The notes beneath the pieces are model-generated. The model was not told where the DNA came from, made no database searches, and was given only the letters and a program-made list of their open reading frames with translations. From the NCBI GenBank assembly GCA_039815375.1, contig JBCBZJ010000011.1, forward strand, positions 1 through 64,000: a DNA stretch of 64,000 nt. The letters run 5' to 3'. The stretch's first letter is position 1; the number at the start of each line of letters is the position of its first letter. This document shows positions 8,620 to 18,431 of the stretch, one piece after another. The position numbers and the translations under genes are program-made. The stretch comes from Verrucomicrobiota bacterium (lineage in GTDB: Bacteria; Verrucomicrobiota; Verrucomicrobiia; Opitutales; Coraliomargaritaceae).

Positions 8620-10733
8620 TGTTCAGCAATATGTTGTGGATGTTCCTGCCTCTGGCCGCGGCTCCAGTTTTGCTCCATTTCTACCTGCGCAAAAAGTTCA
8701 AAAAGATGGATTACCCGAGTGTGATGCTATTCACGCGACACGATCCTAAGCTGAGGTCACGCCAAAAGCTTCAGGATATTTTCCTACTGATTCTGCGCAT
8801 CATGCTACTCGCCCTGCTCTTATTTATTGCCAGCCGTCCCTACCTTGAGTGGCTTCGAGTTGAAACGGAAGATTCAGCAGTCGCGATCGTTATCGATAAT
8901 TCAGCTTCGATGGGTGGAATGGCGGACAGCCAGTCAACTAAGCTGCAACAAAGCATTCAAGCTGCTCGAAGTCTGCTCAGCCGACTGAGTGGCGGCAGTA
9001 TGGTAGCCATAGTAACCACCGTTCCGGATGAAGTATCGTCAACACACGAAGTGACGTTCAGCCGTGATAAGGATCACTTGAACTATGTCTTGGATCAAAT
9101 CCGAGAAACCCATTCTTCAGGACTTCCCTATCAAGTAATTGGCAGGGTTTATACAGCACTCGGACAAAATGCGCAGGCACGCAACTTGAGCACCGCCATT
9201 CATGTATTCAGCGACCTGCAAGTAGGTGAATGGGCACTGACGGATGTGGGACTCGAGAAACCCAGCATGAATGCAAATTTGATTATCCATAAGATCGAAT
9301 CACGGGAATTTGAAAGAGGTAATGTCGCAATCGATGCGGTGATCGTTCCGGATGAATTAATCCATGCACAGCGGGAATTCCCGATACGCCTTACTCTGCG
9401 GAATACATCTGGAATCGACGCCGATATACTACTTCACACAGATGATGATCAAGGGACTCGAGAAACCCGTAATCTGGTTATTCCCGCAGGTGAACAGGTG
9501 GATGAGCTGATCGGCACGACACCCGAAACACCAGGAGTGCACTGGATGCGGATTGCGATTGAAGGAGATTCTTTGCCTGGGGATAATCATGCTGTAGTCG
9601 GTTATGTCTGTGCACCCGCCTCCCCTGTTCCATTTCTCGGCCAATTGGATGAGTATGGGTTGCTGCCGTCGATGGTATCGCCTTCAGGAACGGGCCTCTA
9701 CACAGCCATGGTTCCTGCTCCTGTGGACCCCGCTGATTTGAAGACCACCCTTGAACGCGATAGCCCAACATTAATAGTCGCCACTTATGATCGTCTTCAA
9801 TACCTCAATGATGGCGTCATTGAAAGCTATGTTGAGCAAGGAGGGAGCTTGCTGGTTGTTCCGGAAACAGCATCGACCAACACCTCAGTAGTCTTTGGTG
9901 AAGACCGTCTTTCACTTGGCACAATAAAAAGCAAGGGGCAGATGCGGCCGGCAAATACCAACGATCCGATATGGGGTATGATCAGAGGTGAGAAATTTGG
10001 AAGTGCAATCTTTGGAATGAATAACTACCACCCTTTGGTCTTTAACTTTGATGCGACCCCTCTATTCGTCGAAAAAGAGGGTAATGCGGTGCTTTTCGCA
10101 GTGCAGGACAAAGGGGAAGGTAAAGTATTCTACAGCGGTTTTGCGTTCCATCCTCTGTGGACTTCTCTGGTTACCGACACCGCCGGAATGGGATTGGTAC
10201 TCTTACATAACATGGCCCATTGGAACCCAATGTCCCGTGCAAACACGTTTTATATAGATGCAGGAACACCTCCGGGAAATCCGGCAAGTTTTCAAGGCGA
10301 TGTTGCCGTATCCACGATCCTCGGTGATGCCATCCAGGGGCAATACAATGTGACTTCCATGCCTATTCTACCGATGGCAGGTTTTTACGAGGTTCAGTTT
10401 GGAGAGAAAACCATGTATGTCTCTACAAAATCCGCTCCGAATGAAGGTCTACCCGAGTATGTTAATGGGAATAAACTAGAGGTATTGAAATTCGACCACA
10501 AGATTTCAGCCCTGAGTCGGGCCGAGTTGGAAATCGTCGATTTGGCCGCCGGTGATACTTCGATGCAATTGATTCGCCCTCTAATCATAGCACTGATCCT
10601 TTTTTGGCTGCTCGAATGCTGGGTGGGCAATGTGCCTAGCGGGAAGCTCAATCCGTTTGGAAGAAAAGGCAGTGAGTCCACCGAGAAGATTCGGCTCGCC
10701 CGTAAGGAAAAGATGTTGAGGGAAGCGTCATGA
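8616..10733 (+). CDS. BatA N-terminal double-TM + VWA domain membrane protein
   Basis: PVLLHF...YPSVML...LLILR...RP BatA-type N-terminus, MIDAS IDNSASM and VFSDLQ, CARDB/Ig-like segment (DSLPGDN), C-terminal TM ending LLECW. Confidence 0.88.
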   Translation: MMFSNMLWMFLPLAAAPVLLHFYLRKKFKKMDYPSVMLFTRHDPKLRSRQKLQDIFLLILRIMLLALLLFIASRPYLEWLRVETEDSAVAIVIDNSASMGGMADSQSTKLQQSIQAARSLLSRLSGGSMVAIVTTVPDEVSSTHEVTFSRDKDHLNYVLDQIRETHSSGLPYQVIGRVYTALGQNAQARNLSTAIHVFSDLQVGEWALTDVGLEKPSMNANLIIHKIESREFERGNVAIDAVIVPDELIHAQREFPIRLTLRNTSGIDADILLHTDDDQGTRETRNLVIPAGEQVDELIGTTPETPGVHWMRIAIEGDSLPGDNHAVVGYVCAPASPVPFLGQLDEYGLLPSMVSPSGTGLYTAMVPAPVDPADLKTTLERDSPTLIVATYDRLQYLNDGVIESYVEQGGSLLVVPETASTNTSVVFGEDRLSLGTIKSKGQMRPANTNDPIWGMIRGEKFGSAIFGMNNYHPLVFNFDATPLFVEKEGNAVLFAVQDKGEGKVFYSGFAFHPLWTSLVTDTAGMGLVLLHNMAHWNPMSRANTFYIDAGTPPGNPASFQGDVAVSTILGDAIQGQYNVTSMPILPMAGFYEVQFGEKTMYVSTKSAPNEGLPEYVNGNKLEVLKFDHKISALSRAELEIVDLAAGDTSMQLIRPLIIALILFWLLECWVGNVPSGKLNPFGRKGSESTEKIRLARKEKMLREAS

Positions 10734-12937
10734 ACGAGAGCCACTATTTTCTAGCGCCTTTGTTCTCGGCTCCATTAACCAGTTCTCTGCTGCTTTTATT
10801 GTTTGCAGGCTGCTTCTTCAGTTTTGGTGCACTCCGCAAAAAAGTGGGATATGGACGAGCTGTTCTACTAACCTTTCTACGTGTATTGGGCGTCATCTTG
10901 ATTGTGTTTGCTCTGATGGACCCTAAAAAGATGGTTCGCCAAGTTGATTCCGAGATTCGACAGATTCTCGTGCTACGCGACGTCTCAGGTTCAATGCTCG
11001 TCAAAGACGGCAAACTGCCGCGCACTGAACGAGCCCAAAGGCTACTTAATGAAATCGAGTCGGAGCTAGGCCAAAAGTATAAAATCGACGAGCTAATTTT
11101 TGACGTCGATGTACGCAAGATACCAGAGGCAAGTGAGGCGGAGGAACAGACTGACAAGAACATGCAAACTGACATTGGGCGCATGCTGCTCCATCTCAAA
11201 GAAAAGCCTGATGTTGCAAACTTCATGGGAGCCATTCTCCTGACCGATGGTGGTGACACTCAACTTGAAGCCCCAAGGCTTCCTGAGCTGCCTCTATTTA
11301 TTGTCGGTGTCGGCGCTGAACCATCAGAGTTGAATGACCTACTGATTGTCGATGTGGTGGAACCCGGAAAAGTTGCACCAAAGGACCGCTTTCAGATCCA
11401 CGCAACCGTGTTGGCGAATGCAGATGAGAATTTAAAACAAAAATGTTCTGATCTTACTTGTTCGCTCTCATTAAAAGAAGGTGAAGACTGGGTAATACTG
11501 GACGAACAGCCAGTCACTATGGTTGGTGAACAAATCGATGTCTCCTTCGATGTAGATCCCTTATTGGAGGAAGGAACTTATCAACTGCGCGTAGAATTGC
11601 CCGTTTTCGAAGAAGAACTCAGTAACCTGAATAATGTGCGCGAATTTCCGATTCTGGTGCGTAAGGAACGAATGCCGGTCCTTCTATACATTGCAAGTCA
11701 TGGTTGGGAAGTGAACAAACTAAGAACTTACCTGACCAAAGATGAGTCCATTTCACTGACGGCACTAAGCCTCGTTTCGGACCGCTCGTTCATGCTGCAG
11801 GGAGACCGCCAGGATGAGGATATTGGATTGGAAAAGGGACTACCTCCAACAGCAGATTTGCTGGATTTGTATCGAGTCGTGATTCTAAGCGGATTTCCCG
11901 CAAATCATCTTACTCGAACACAGCAAGAAGCCCTGGTCGACTATGTGAAGGGTGGTGGTAAATTAATCTTTCTTGGTGGAGAAGAATGTTTCGCATCCGG
12001 TGGTTACGAAATCACTCCGATCGGAAAAATTCTGCCATGGGATCTCCGTGGCAACGCATCGTTGCTTCGGGAAGATTTCACAACGCACTTATCGGACGCA
12101 GTCCAACAACAACTACTGCTTCCTGCCTTTTTAGAACACTTCAGCGAGGCAGGCAATCTGCCGCTCAGAAGTGCAATCGATGCAGGTCGACTGAAACCAG
12201 CCGCTTTATCACTACTTGAAACGGCAATTAATGGAGACCGCAAATCGCTTGCCGCAACACTTACGGTCGGCAACGGCGAAGTCGCAGCAATCGCAACAAA
12301 TGATATCTGGCGATGGGGGCGCAAACCCGGGTCGGCACGAGAAGCCTACCAAAGCTTTTGGAAGGATCTGCTTACTCTGCTCGTCAATGATCATGAAGGA
12401 GGTCGCCACCTCCAGATCGTATGGAACCAGAAGCATTACCAGGTTGGCGAGGTCGCAGACCTAAGCGTAAAAGTGCATGGGGAGTTCGGCGACTCTCTGA
12501 GAATCGAGAGCCAGATGACATTCAATGACCGCGAACTCCCACTCGATCTGCGGAAAACACGTGTCGACAAACGTCGCTTTGATGCAAGCCCACTATTTCG
12601 GGAAAAAGGTAGCTATGAGGTTTGGATCGCTGCCTACGACGGACAACGTCTTATTGAAGAATACCGCAAAAATTTTGAAGTTGGCTACCGATTTAACGAA
12701 GGAACCAGGCTCACCGTAGATCATAACTTTCTCGAACAGCTAGCAAACGACACCTATGGTGCCTACCGTCCTGAGCAAGACGCCCTCAACATCGCCGAAG
12801 ACATAAAAGCCAAGGTGCTGAAGGAGTCCTCCATGCAGGAAGTTTCACTCATTGATTGGAAAGGCATTTTTGTAGCGCTACTTTCTGGCGTCTGGATGTT
12901 GGAGTGGTCTACCCGTCGAAAGATGAATCTGTCATAA
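10730..12937 (+). CDS. Membrane protein with VWA and class I glutamine-amidotransferase-like domains
   Basis: Two N-terminal TMs, RDVSGSM, TDIG, LLTDGG, LVDYVKGGGKLIFLGG, GGYEITPIGKILP, IWRW...FW, C-terminal TM ending LEWSTRRK. Confidence 0.85.
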   Translation: MNESHYFLAPLFSAPLTSSLLLLLFAGCFFSFGALRKKVGYGRAVLLTFLRVLGVILIVFALMDPKKMVRQVDSEIRQILVLRDVSGSMLVKDGKLPRTERAQRLLNEIESELGQKYKIDELIFDVDVRKIPEASEAEEQTDKNMQTDIGRMLLHLKEKPDVANFMGAILLTDGGDTQLEAPRLPELPLFIVGVGAEPSELNDLLIVDVVEPGKVAPKDRFQIHATVLANADENLKQKCSDLTCSLSLKEGEDWVILDEQPVTMVGEQIDVSFDVDPLLEEGTYQLRVELPVFEEELSNLNNVREFPILVRKERMPVLLYIASHGWEVNKLRTYLTKDESISLTALSLVSDRSFMLQGDRQDEDIGLEKGLPPTADLLDLYRVVILSGFPANHLTRTQQEALVDYVKGGGKLIFLGGEECFASGGYEITPIGKILPWDLRGNASLLREDFTTHLSDAVQQQLLLPAFLEHFSEAGNLPLRSAIDAGRLKPAALSLLETAINGDRKSLAATLTVGNGEVAAIATNDIWRWGRKPGSAREAYQSFWKDLLTLLVNDHEGGRHLQIVWNQKHYQVGEVADLSVKVHGEFGDSLRIESQMTFNDRELPLDLRKTRVDKRRFDASPLFREKGSYEVWIAAYDGQRLIEEYRKNFEVGYRFNEGTRLTVDHNFLEQLANDTYGAYRPEQDALNIAEDIKAKVLKESSMQEVSLIDWKGIFVALLSGVWMLEWSTRRKMNLS

Positions 12938-14127
12938 TGAATACATTGAACGTTCGCGCATTTCTGATCTGCATCCCACTTTTTCTGCTCAATGGCCTGC
13001 TCTATGGAGAGTCGCCACAGGGCCCCAGAGTGGCTGTCATAACATTGAGTAATGGTGAGACTGTTCGTGGTAAAGTCAGCCTCTACCCCCGAAATTTGAT
13101 ACGGATAGTTACTGCTGCAGGCGAAAATACCGCGAACACCGGACGCTCAAAGGAAAATACAGAAATGTGGGGTAAGGAGCGCGATTTCGGTATCGACGTT
13201 GTCAAAAAGATTTCGTTCGCCCCACGCCCAAAAGGCTTCAACGGATTCACTAAAGAGGGCGAGCGCTACGATAAGAACTGGAAATGGGCAGGTCCGAATA
13301 GCAAAGAGAAGATATTCAGTGATTTATCCTATCCTGTGCGCGAACTGATCGGAAAAGTCGAGTTTACCTCAGGTGAAACGCTGATCGGAAATATCCAGTC
13401 GATCGCTTTTTATCTACAAAAAGAGAAGGCTTATAAAAAAACGAAATTTCTACACCAAAGCAAGAAACAGGGTAAAGAAGGGCAAAAACTTTCAGATCTT
13501 GTCTACATGACCTCCATTGAGTTCGTCGATCAGGGTAAACAGTTCTCAAGAACAAGAACACTGGTGCTTGCAGGTGAGCGATTCAAAGGTGTTACGGAAG
13601 TTCGCTGCCTAAACAGAAAAGAACTCACCCCTATTCCCGTTAAAAAAGTGAGTGGGGACCGCTACGAGATTTCTTTTACGATGGGGCAGGATGTTTTTAT
13701 GGCGTATGAAAAGGATGGGATACAATACGCACAATGGCCGCCGGATAATGTGGATCCAGAGTTATGGGCACTCGCAGAGGCTTCACTCGCGGATATCAAC
13801 GACTACTTCAATGATCGCGAGTTACTGGGCATTTACCCTGTTCCAAATACAGAAACAATCCTGACACTGGTTAAATTACGCCGCCGAATTATGCCTATCG
13901 CACGAGATAATTCCGAATTCGACGTCGAGTTTGGAGAACCGACAGAGCGAAGCCGATTTTCGATCTGGCGATGGAGTAAGCCTCCCGATCTCAACGAGAT
14001 GACGCTGCTCAAACGCGGCACTTTTTTTCGTAGAAAACATTTGGTCGAAGACTTTACGCCAGAAATGAAAGCGATTTCTGAAATATGGGAACCCGTGATT
14101 GAGGGCAATACGATCACCTATAAATAG
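12937..14127 (+). CDS. Secreted hypothetical protein (start revised to ATG 12937)
   Basis: TAATG overlap with the upstream stop; MNTLNVRAFLICIPLFLLNGLLYG signal-like N-terminus; repeated xSxGETxxG motifs. Confidence 0.75.
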   Translation: MNTLNVRAFLICIPLFLLNGLLYGESPQGPRVAVITLSNGETVRGKVSLYPRNLIRIVTAAGENTANTGRSKENTEMWGKERDFGIDVVKKISFAPRPKGFNGFTKEGERYDKNWKWAGPNSKEKIFSDLSYPVRELIGKVEFTSGETLIGNIQSIAFYLQKEKAYKKTKFLHQSKKQGKEGQKLSDLVYMTSIEFVDQGKQFSRTRTLVLAGERFKGVTEVRCLNRKELTPIPVKKVSGDRYEISFTMGQDVFMAYEKDGIQYAQWPPDNVDPELWALAEASLADINDYFNDRELLGIYPVPNTETILTLVKLRRRIMPIARDNSEFDVEFGEPTERSRFSIWRWSKPPDLNEMTLLKRGTFFRRKHLVEDFTPEMKAISEIWEPVIEGNTITYK

Positions 14128-14138
14128 GAGGACGAGAC

Positions 14139-17100
14139 ATGAGCAGCAGCAAGAAAAAGGATATACGCAAGCTACTGATCCAGAGTCGACGAAACAGGGT
14201 CTTGTTTACTTTTTTTCGCGGAGGACTGGATACCTTAGCTGCCCTAATCGGACTATGGTTAGTTCCATTTGCTATTGATAACCTACTTCATCTCCCGCCG
14301 GCAATCCGATTGTTTCTGGGAATCGTCGGTTTAATCGGTTCTGTCTACATTATTTGGAAAAAGCTCCTGCGACCGATAAGAGAGAGTTCCAGTCTTGACG
14401 CAACGGCTGTCATGCTGGAACAGCAATTCGGAATACCAAGGAATCTGCTGATCAACGCCTATCAATTGAGTAATATTGAAGCGGAAGGGATGACAGCAAC
14501 CTTTGCTCAACAAACGGTTAGGACAGGAGTTAAAAAAATGTCCAAGCTACCGGCACTTGGTAAAAGTGAACGTGGTGTCTTAACCCGGACGATCGGGTTT
14601 GCAGGGATAGCGGCTACATTTGCTGTTTGTTATGCTCTCTACGGGGGTAATTATCTCGCCAATGCCGCACAACGCTTTGTCAATCCGCTTGCCGGCACCC
14701 CCCCGATTCGGGCCGTTGAGATCAAGGTCGCGCCTGATCGCGACCAAGTTATAGTTTTAAAATCAAACATTACCATCCTCAGCAGTATTTCAGCTCGCCT
14801 GGAAGAAGACGAACCGCTGACAAAAATCGCCCCAAATATTATTCTTGGAACAGATTTTGTTGAGCCGGTATATGAAAGCCAGGCTGCCCTGCTCATGAAG
14901 CCTGTAGCGCGTGAAAGTATCATCGATCAGTTCGCTGCGCGCACAGGCAGACAACCAACAGAGCAGAGTCTGAAAGAGTTTGGATTATCGATCGAAGTCG
15001 ACGCTTACGAGGGGCGGTGCAAACTCTACAGTCACAAGATTGAAAGCATAAGCGGGCCTTTAGCTTTTCGGGTGTTCCATACGGAAAGTAATGCCTACAG
15101 TCCATCGGTTGCAATTGGAGTTACTTTGCCTGCCCGCCTGCTGAGTTCCAGTTTCCAAGTGACTAAGCCTGCTTATATCGGTGGCGAACCAATCAGCGTA
15201 CAAGGCCCGCCAAAAGACCTCAGCACCCTACCCGATTCGCAAGTCCGTGTTGAAATCGAAGTCGATAACAAAAAGGGCAGCTACGCCTTCTCGATTGACG
15301 GAAAAGAAACTCCTATGGTGTTGGAGAACAACCTCCTGAGCTGCGATTTCTCGGTTGATAAGGCTGCGGATTATAAAGTCCTCCTGGCTGGCAAAGGCTT
15401 GCCTCCCTATCAACTCGCTACAGGAAGAATCAATTTGCTTAAAGACAAGGCCCCGAAAGTTCGGGTTGCACACCAAAGTAAAAACTTGGTCTTCTCGATC
15501 GGCGAGGAATTGCTCTTGGATGTGATTGCTACGGACGATCACGGTCTTAAAGTCGTGGAGCTTCTTTACTGTGGCGGACGTGAAGAAGAACCGGGAAATT
15601 TAATCTTCGAGTGGGATGCCGGAGGTGCACCTGAGGCAACAAACCAATTCCCACTTATCTTTGACCCGGAGCGTTTCACAGAGGGTTCTGAATATGTGAT
15701 TCAGGCACGGTGCAAAGACAATCGGCCGGATGCCGAATGGGCCTCATCCGAGCCTCTATTGATTCGTATCCGGGAACTTCAAGAAGACCTTTACGGAATC
15801 GACGACCTAGCCATGAATGATGCTTTCGGAATTCTCGACGAAGCAATCAAAACACAGAAGATTAATCTCGAATCGACTCGGAACCTGCAGATCTATCTGC
15901 AGGAAACACTGGGCTCGCCCAGCCCAGGACAGAAAGCGCATTTCACCTTCGCAAACCATACGAAAACACTAAACGGTACTCAGGAACAGGTCAGCAATCT
16001 ACTAAACCGCGCCGCAACTCTCTTTGGTAATGAACATCAGGAAATTGCCGACGCTCTGCAGAATCAGGGATTACCCGCATCGCAGCAGGTGCTAAAAACA
16101 ATTTACGACTCGGGTAAAATTGAGACATGGCTGGGTGCATCCGAGGTAATTTACGAAGGCACAGCCAATGGTGTTTTCCCGGTGAAACCCGGCTATCGAT
16201 ACCTCGGCATCGAAGTAATGGAAGCGAGAAATTCCCGCGAGATAATCACCAAAGGACTGCTAATGAACGAAAGCAAAGATGTTATGCAAAAAACCGTTCG
16301 TCATTGGCAGGTCATGGCAGGTGACAAATCGACTTCCGGGACCTCACCGAAAACAGTCACCTCCGTTATCAAAAAGCTCAAAGCCAAACCTCCTATCGAG
16401 GTAGACAACCATGTTTCAGGCCTTCAGATCCTCTACCAACACTCCGAAAAAAAAGGAGGTAAAGGCAGTAAGGTGGCATGGGGAATGTGCCGTGTGGTCT
16501 TGGATCAGAAGCGCGAATTGGAATTCAACTTCAATTGCAAGCAAGCAACCACTGTTTGGCTGGACAACGAACAGATCGATGGATGGCCATTCGTTAGAGA
16601 ACTGAGCAAAGGCGAACATACCTTCCTGGTCAGGATGGAAAATCCCCATACCAGACTCAGAGACAAATCCAATTGGACGTTAACCATTAGGGACCTTAAA
16701 GAGGGTTGGATGTCGCTTGCCGCAAACGGTCAACTCCACCCCTATCAGATGGGACAAATTCTAATGCAGCGTGACGGCGGCATGAACCAGGAATTCTTCA
16801 CTAATGGCAAGAAGACCTCTTTCGATGGCGGAGGAAGCGCTTTCCATCCCTACGTTACCATGGCGTTTAAGAACGCCAATCATCCAATTCGTCACATTGA
16901 GTTGAAATCCGAGAAAGGGCAACTGGCCAAGGTTCGGATGACAGGAGGCAACGACTTAGCCGCACGTCAAAACCTACCTCCACTCATTGTCCAATTGGAG
17001 CAGCGCCAAATCGCCGTCCTTGAAATCCTTGCCAAACTCCGCGGCCAAGCCCTCAGCCTGGTCAAAAAAGAAAGCAAAAAGTCCAACAAGGGAACTGCAG

Positions 17101-18428
17101 AAGCGGCATTCGTGGTCGATGAGGAATACGAGAGTCTGCCGGAACCAATACGGGAGATTGCAGAAGAGATCAACCAAATGAACGATACGGGCGATGGACT
17201 ATCCAGAAAGCGTAGTGCCATTCTCGAAGACGGTATCGACGACCTGACAGACGGCCAGTTCGAAACCCTGACCGCCATCAAAGCCGAAGAAAAGCAACTG
17301 GCAGTAAAAGCGCGTAAGGCGGTCTCGGACCTCAGTATTATTGGCAATGCGGATTTCAGTGATCCAGCGCAGATTAAGACGCTCGAATCCATCAAGATGG
17401 ATGCTACCGCTGCCCTCGAACGGTTTGCGAATGTCGCGGAAAAAGAGATAACCGAGCACACGGACAACCTTGAGTCCAAGGGTATCGAACAGGTTGAAAC
17501 TTTGAAGCAGAACGGCATTACTCAGGTTGGATCCCAAGGCGACGCGACTCAGGGCCGCAAAATTGGAACGGAGAACCAGGAAGACGAGAAAGCGCCGATC
17601 GCTTTGGCAAACCTGCCCAGTGAGTTAGACGATGTCTACGGCGAAATAGCAGAACTCGCAGATGAAGTCGTTGATCCCGACGATCCTGACGCACGTGCTC
17701 AGGGCTCCAAACTCAGTTCAAGTGATGGTGAGGGAGGCGTTGCACCTGGTCAGGAATCATCAATGGCTGCTGCGGGTAAAACGGGTGCTCAGGAGCCAGA
17801 TTCAACTCGAGAACTCGAAGGACGTTCCGGTGTCGGTAGAACTGGCCGTGCCAATGGCGAAGCGGTAGGCGACAAAGCCAAAGCCTTGACCCAGAATAAT
17901 CGTGCTATGGAAGAGCGGGACACCGGCGGCAAACTCCAGAGCGGCCAGATCGAAGACGAAGACGTGGAAGCCAAGGAGTCCGCGACCGGCATGGGCAAGC
18001 TAACAGATGTGGACACCGATTTTGGAATGAAGGGCCAGTTACCTCAGAAGATCCTTCAAGACATGAAAGAAACAAACAGGAAGCTCGATCATATTCGCGA
18101 GAATACCGAGTCGCTGAAACTTGCCCTCGAGATGCACAACGTAAATACGGTCAACATAGACGATGCTATAGAGCAGATCGAGAAAGCTCAAAGAGCAGTG
18201 ATCAATAAAGATATCGAACTCTTGCGACAGGCCCATAGTGATGCCGTAGCATCAATGCAATTTGCAGCTAAACAAGTCCGCGAAGAAGTCGCCATGCGTG
18301 AATCAGACGAAATGCTTCGCGCCGTCGAAGCTCAGGCATCCGGACGTAATAACCGGCGACGTACGCCAAAGGGCTTCGAAAAAATCGTCGGTGCGTATTT
18401 CGAAACGCTATCAGATCAAGCAGAATAA
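14139..18428 (+). CDS. Large DUF4175-like membrane protein (N-terminal TMs, Ig-like repeats, beta insert, acidic/Gly-rich coiled-coil C-terminus)
   Basis: DNLLHLP...R, A..LEQQF...NLLINA, KPAYIG, DKAPKV, ATDDHGL, C-terminal TPKGFEKIVGAYFETL. This architecture is typical of MoxR/BatA clusters. Confidence 0.75.
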   Translation: MSSSKKKDIRKLLIQSRRNRVLFTFFRGGLDTLAALIGLWLVPFAIDNLLHLPPAIRLFLGIVGLIGSVYIIWKKLLRPIRESSSLDATAVMLEQQFGIPRNLLINAYQLSNIEAEGMTATFAQQTVRTGVKKMSKLPALGKSERGVLTRTIGFAGIAATFAVCYALYGGNYLANAAQRFVNPLAGTPPIRAVEIKVAPDRDQVIVLKSNITILSSISARLEEDEPLTKIAPNIILGTDFVEPVYESQAALLMKPVARESIIDQFAARTGRQPTEQSLKEFGLSIEVDAYEGRCKLYSHKIESISGPLAFRVFHTESNAYSPSVAIGVTLPARLLSSSFQVTKPAYIGGEPISVQGPPKDLSTLPDSQVRVEIEVDNKKGSYAFSIDGKETPMVLENNLLSCDFSVDKAADYKVLLAGKGLPPYQLATGRINLLKDKAPKVRVAHQSKNLVFSIGEELLLDVIATDDHGLKVVELLYCGGREEEPGNLIFEWDAGGAPEATNQFPLIFDPERFTEGSEYVIQARCKDNRPDAEWASSEPLLIRIRELQEDLYGIDDLAMNDAFGILDEAIKTQKINLESTRNLQIYLQETLGSPSPGQKAHFTFANHTKTLNGTQEQVSNLLNRAATLFGNEHQEIADALQNQGLPASQQVLKTIYDSGKIETWLGASEVIYEGTANGVFPVKPGYRYLGIEVMEARNSREIITKGLLMNESKDVMQKTVRHWQVMAGDKSTSGTSPKTVTSVIKKLKAKPPIEVDNHVSGLQILYQHSEKKGGKGSKVAWGMCRVVLDQKRELEFNFNCKQATTVWLDNEQIDGWPFVRELSKGEHTFLVRMENPHTRLRDKSNWTLTIRDLKEGWMSLAANGQLHPYQMGQILMQRDGGMNQEFFTNGKKTSFDGGGSAFHPYVTMAFKNANHPIRHIELKSEKGQLAKVRMTGGNDLAARQNLPPLIVQLEQRQIAVLEILAKLRGQALSLVKKESKKSNKGTAEAAFVVDEEYESLPEPIREIAEEINQMNDTGDGLSRKRSAILEDGIDDLTDGQFETLTAIKAEEKQLAVKARKAVSDLSIIGNADFSDPAQIKTLESIKMDATAALERFANVAEKEITEHTDNLESKGIEQVETLKQNGITQVGSQGDATQGRKIGTENQEDEKAPIALANLPSELDDVYGEIAELADEVVDPDDPDARAQGSKLSSSDGEGGVAPGQESSMAAAGKTGAQEPDSTRELEGRSGVGRTGRANGEAVGDKAKALTQNNRAMEERDTGGKLQSGQIEDEDVEAKESATGMGKLTDVDTDFGMKGQLPQKILQDMKETNRKLDHIRENTESLKLALEMHNVNTVNIDDAIEQIEKAQRAVINKDIELLRQAHSDAVASMQFAAKQVREEVAMRESDEMLRAVEAQASGRNNRRRTPKGFEKIVGAYFETLSDQAE

Positions 18429-18431
18429 TCG

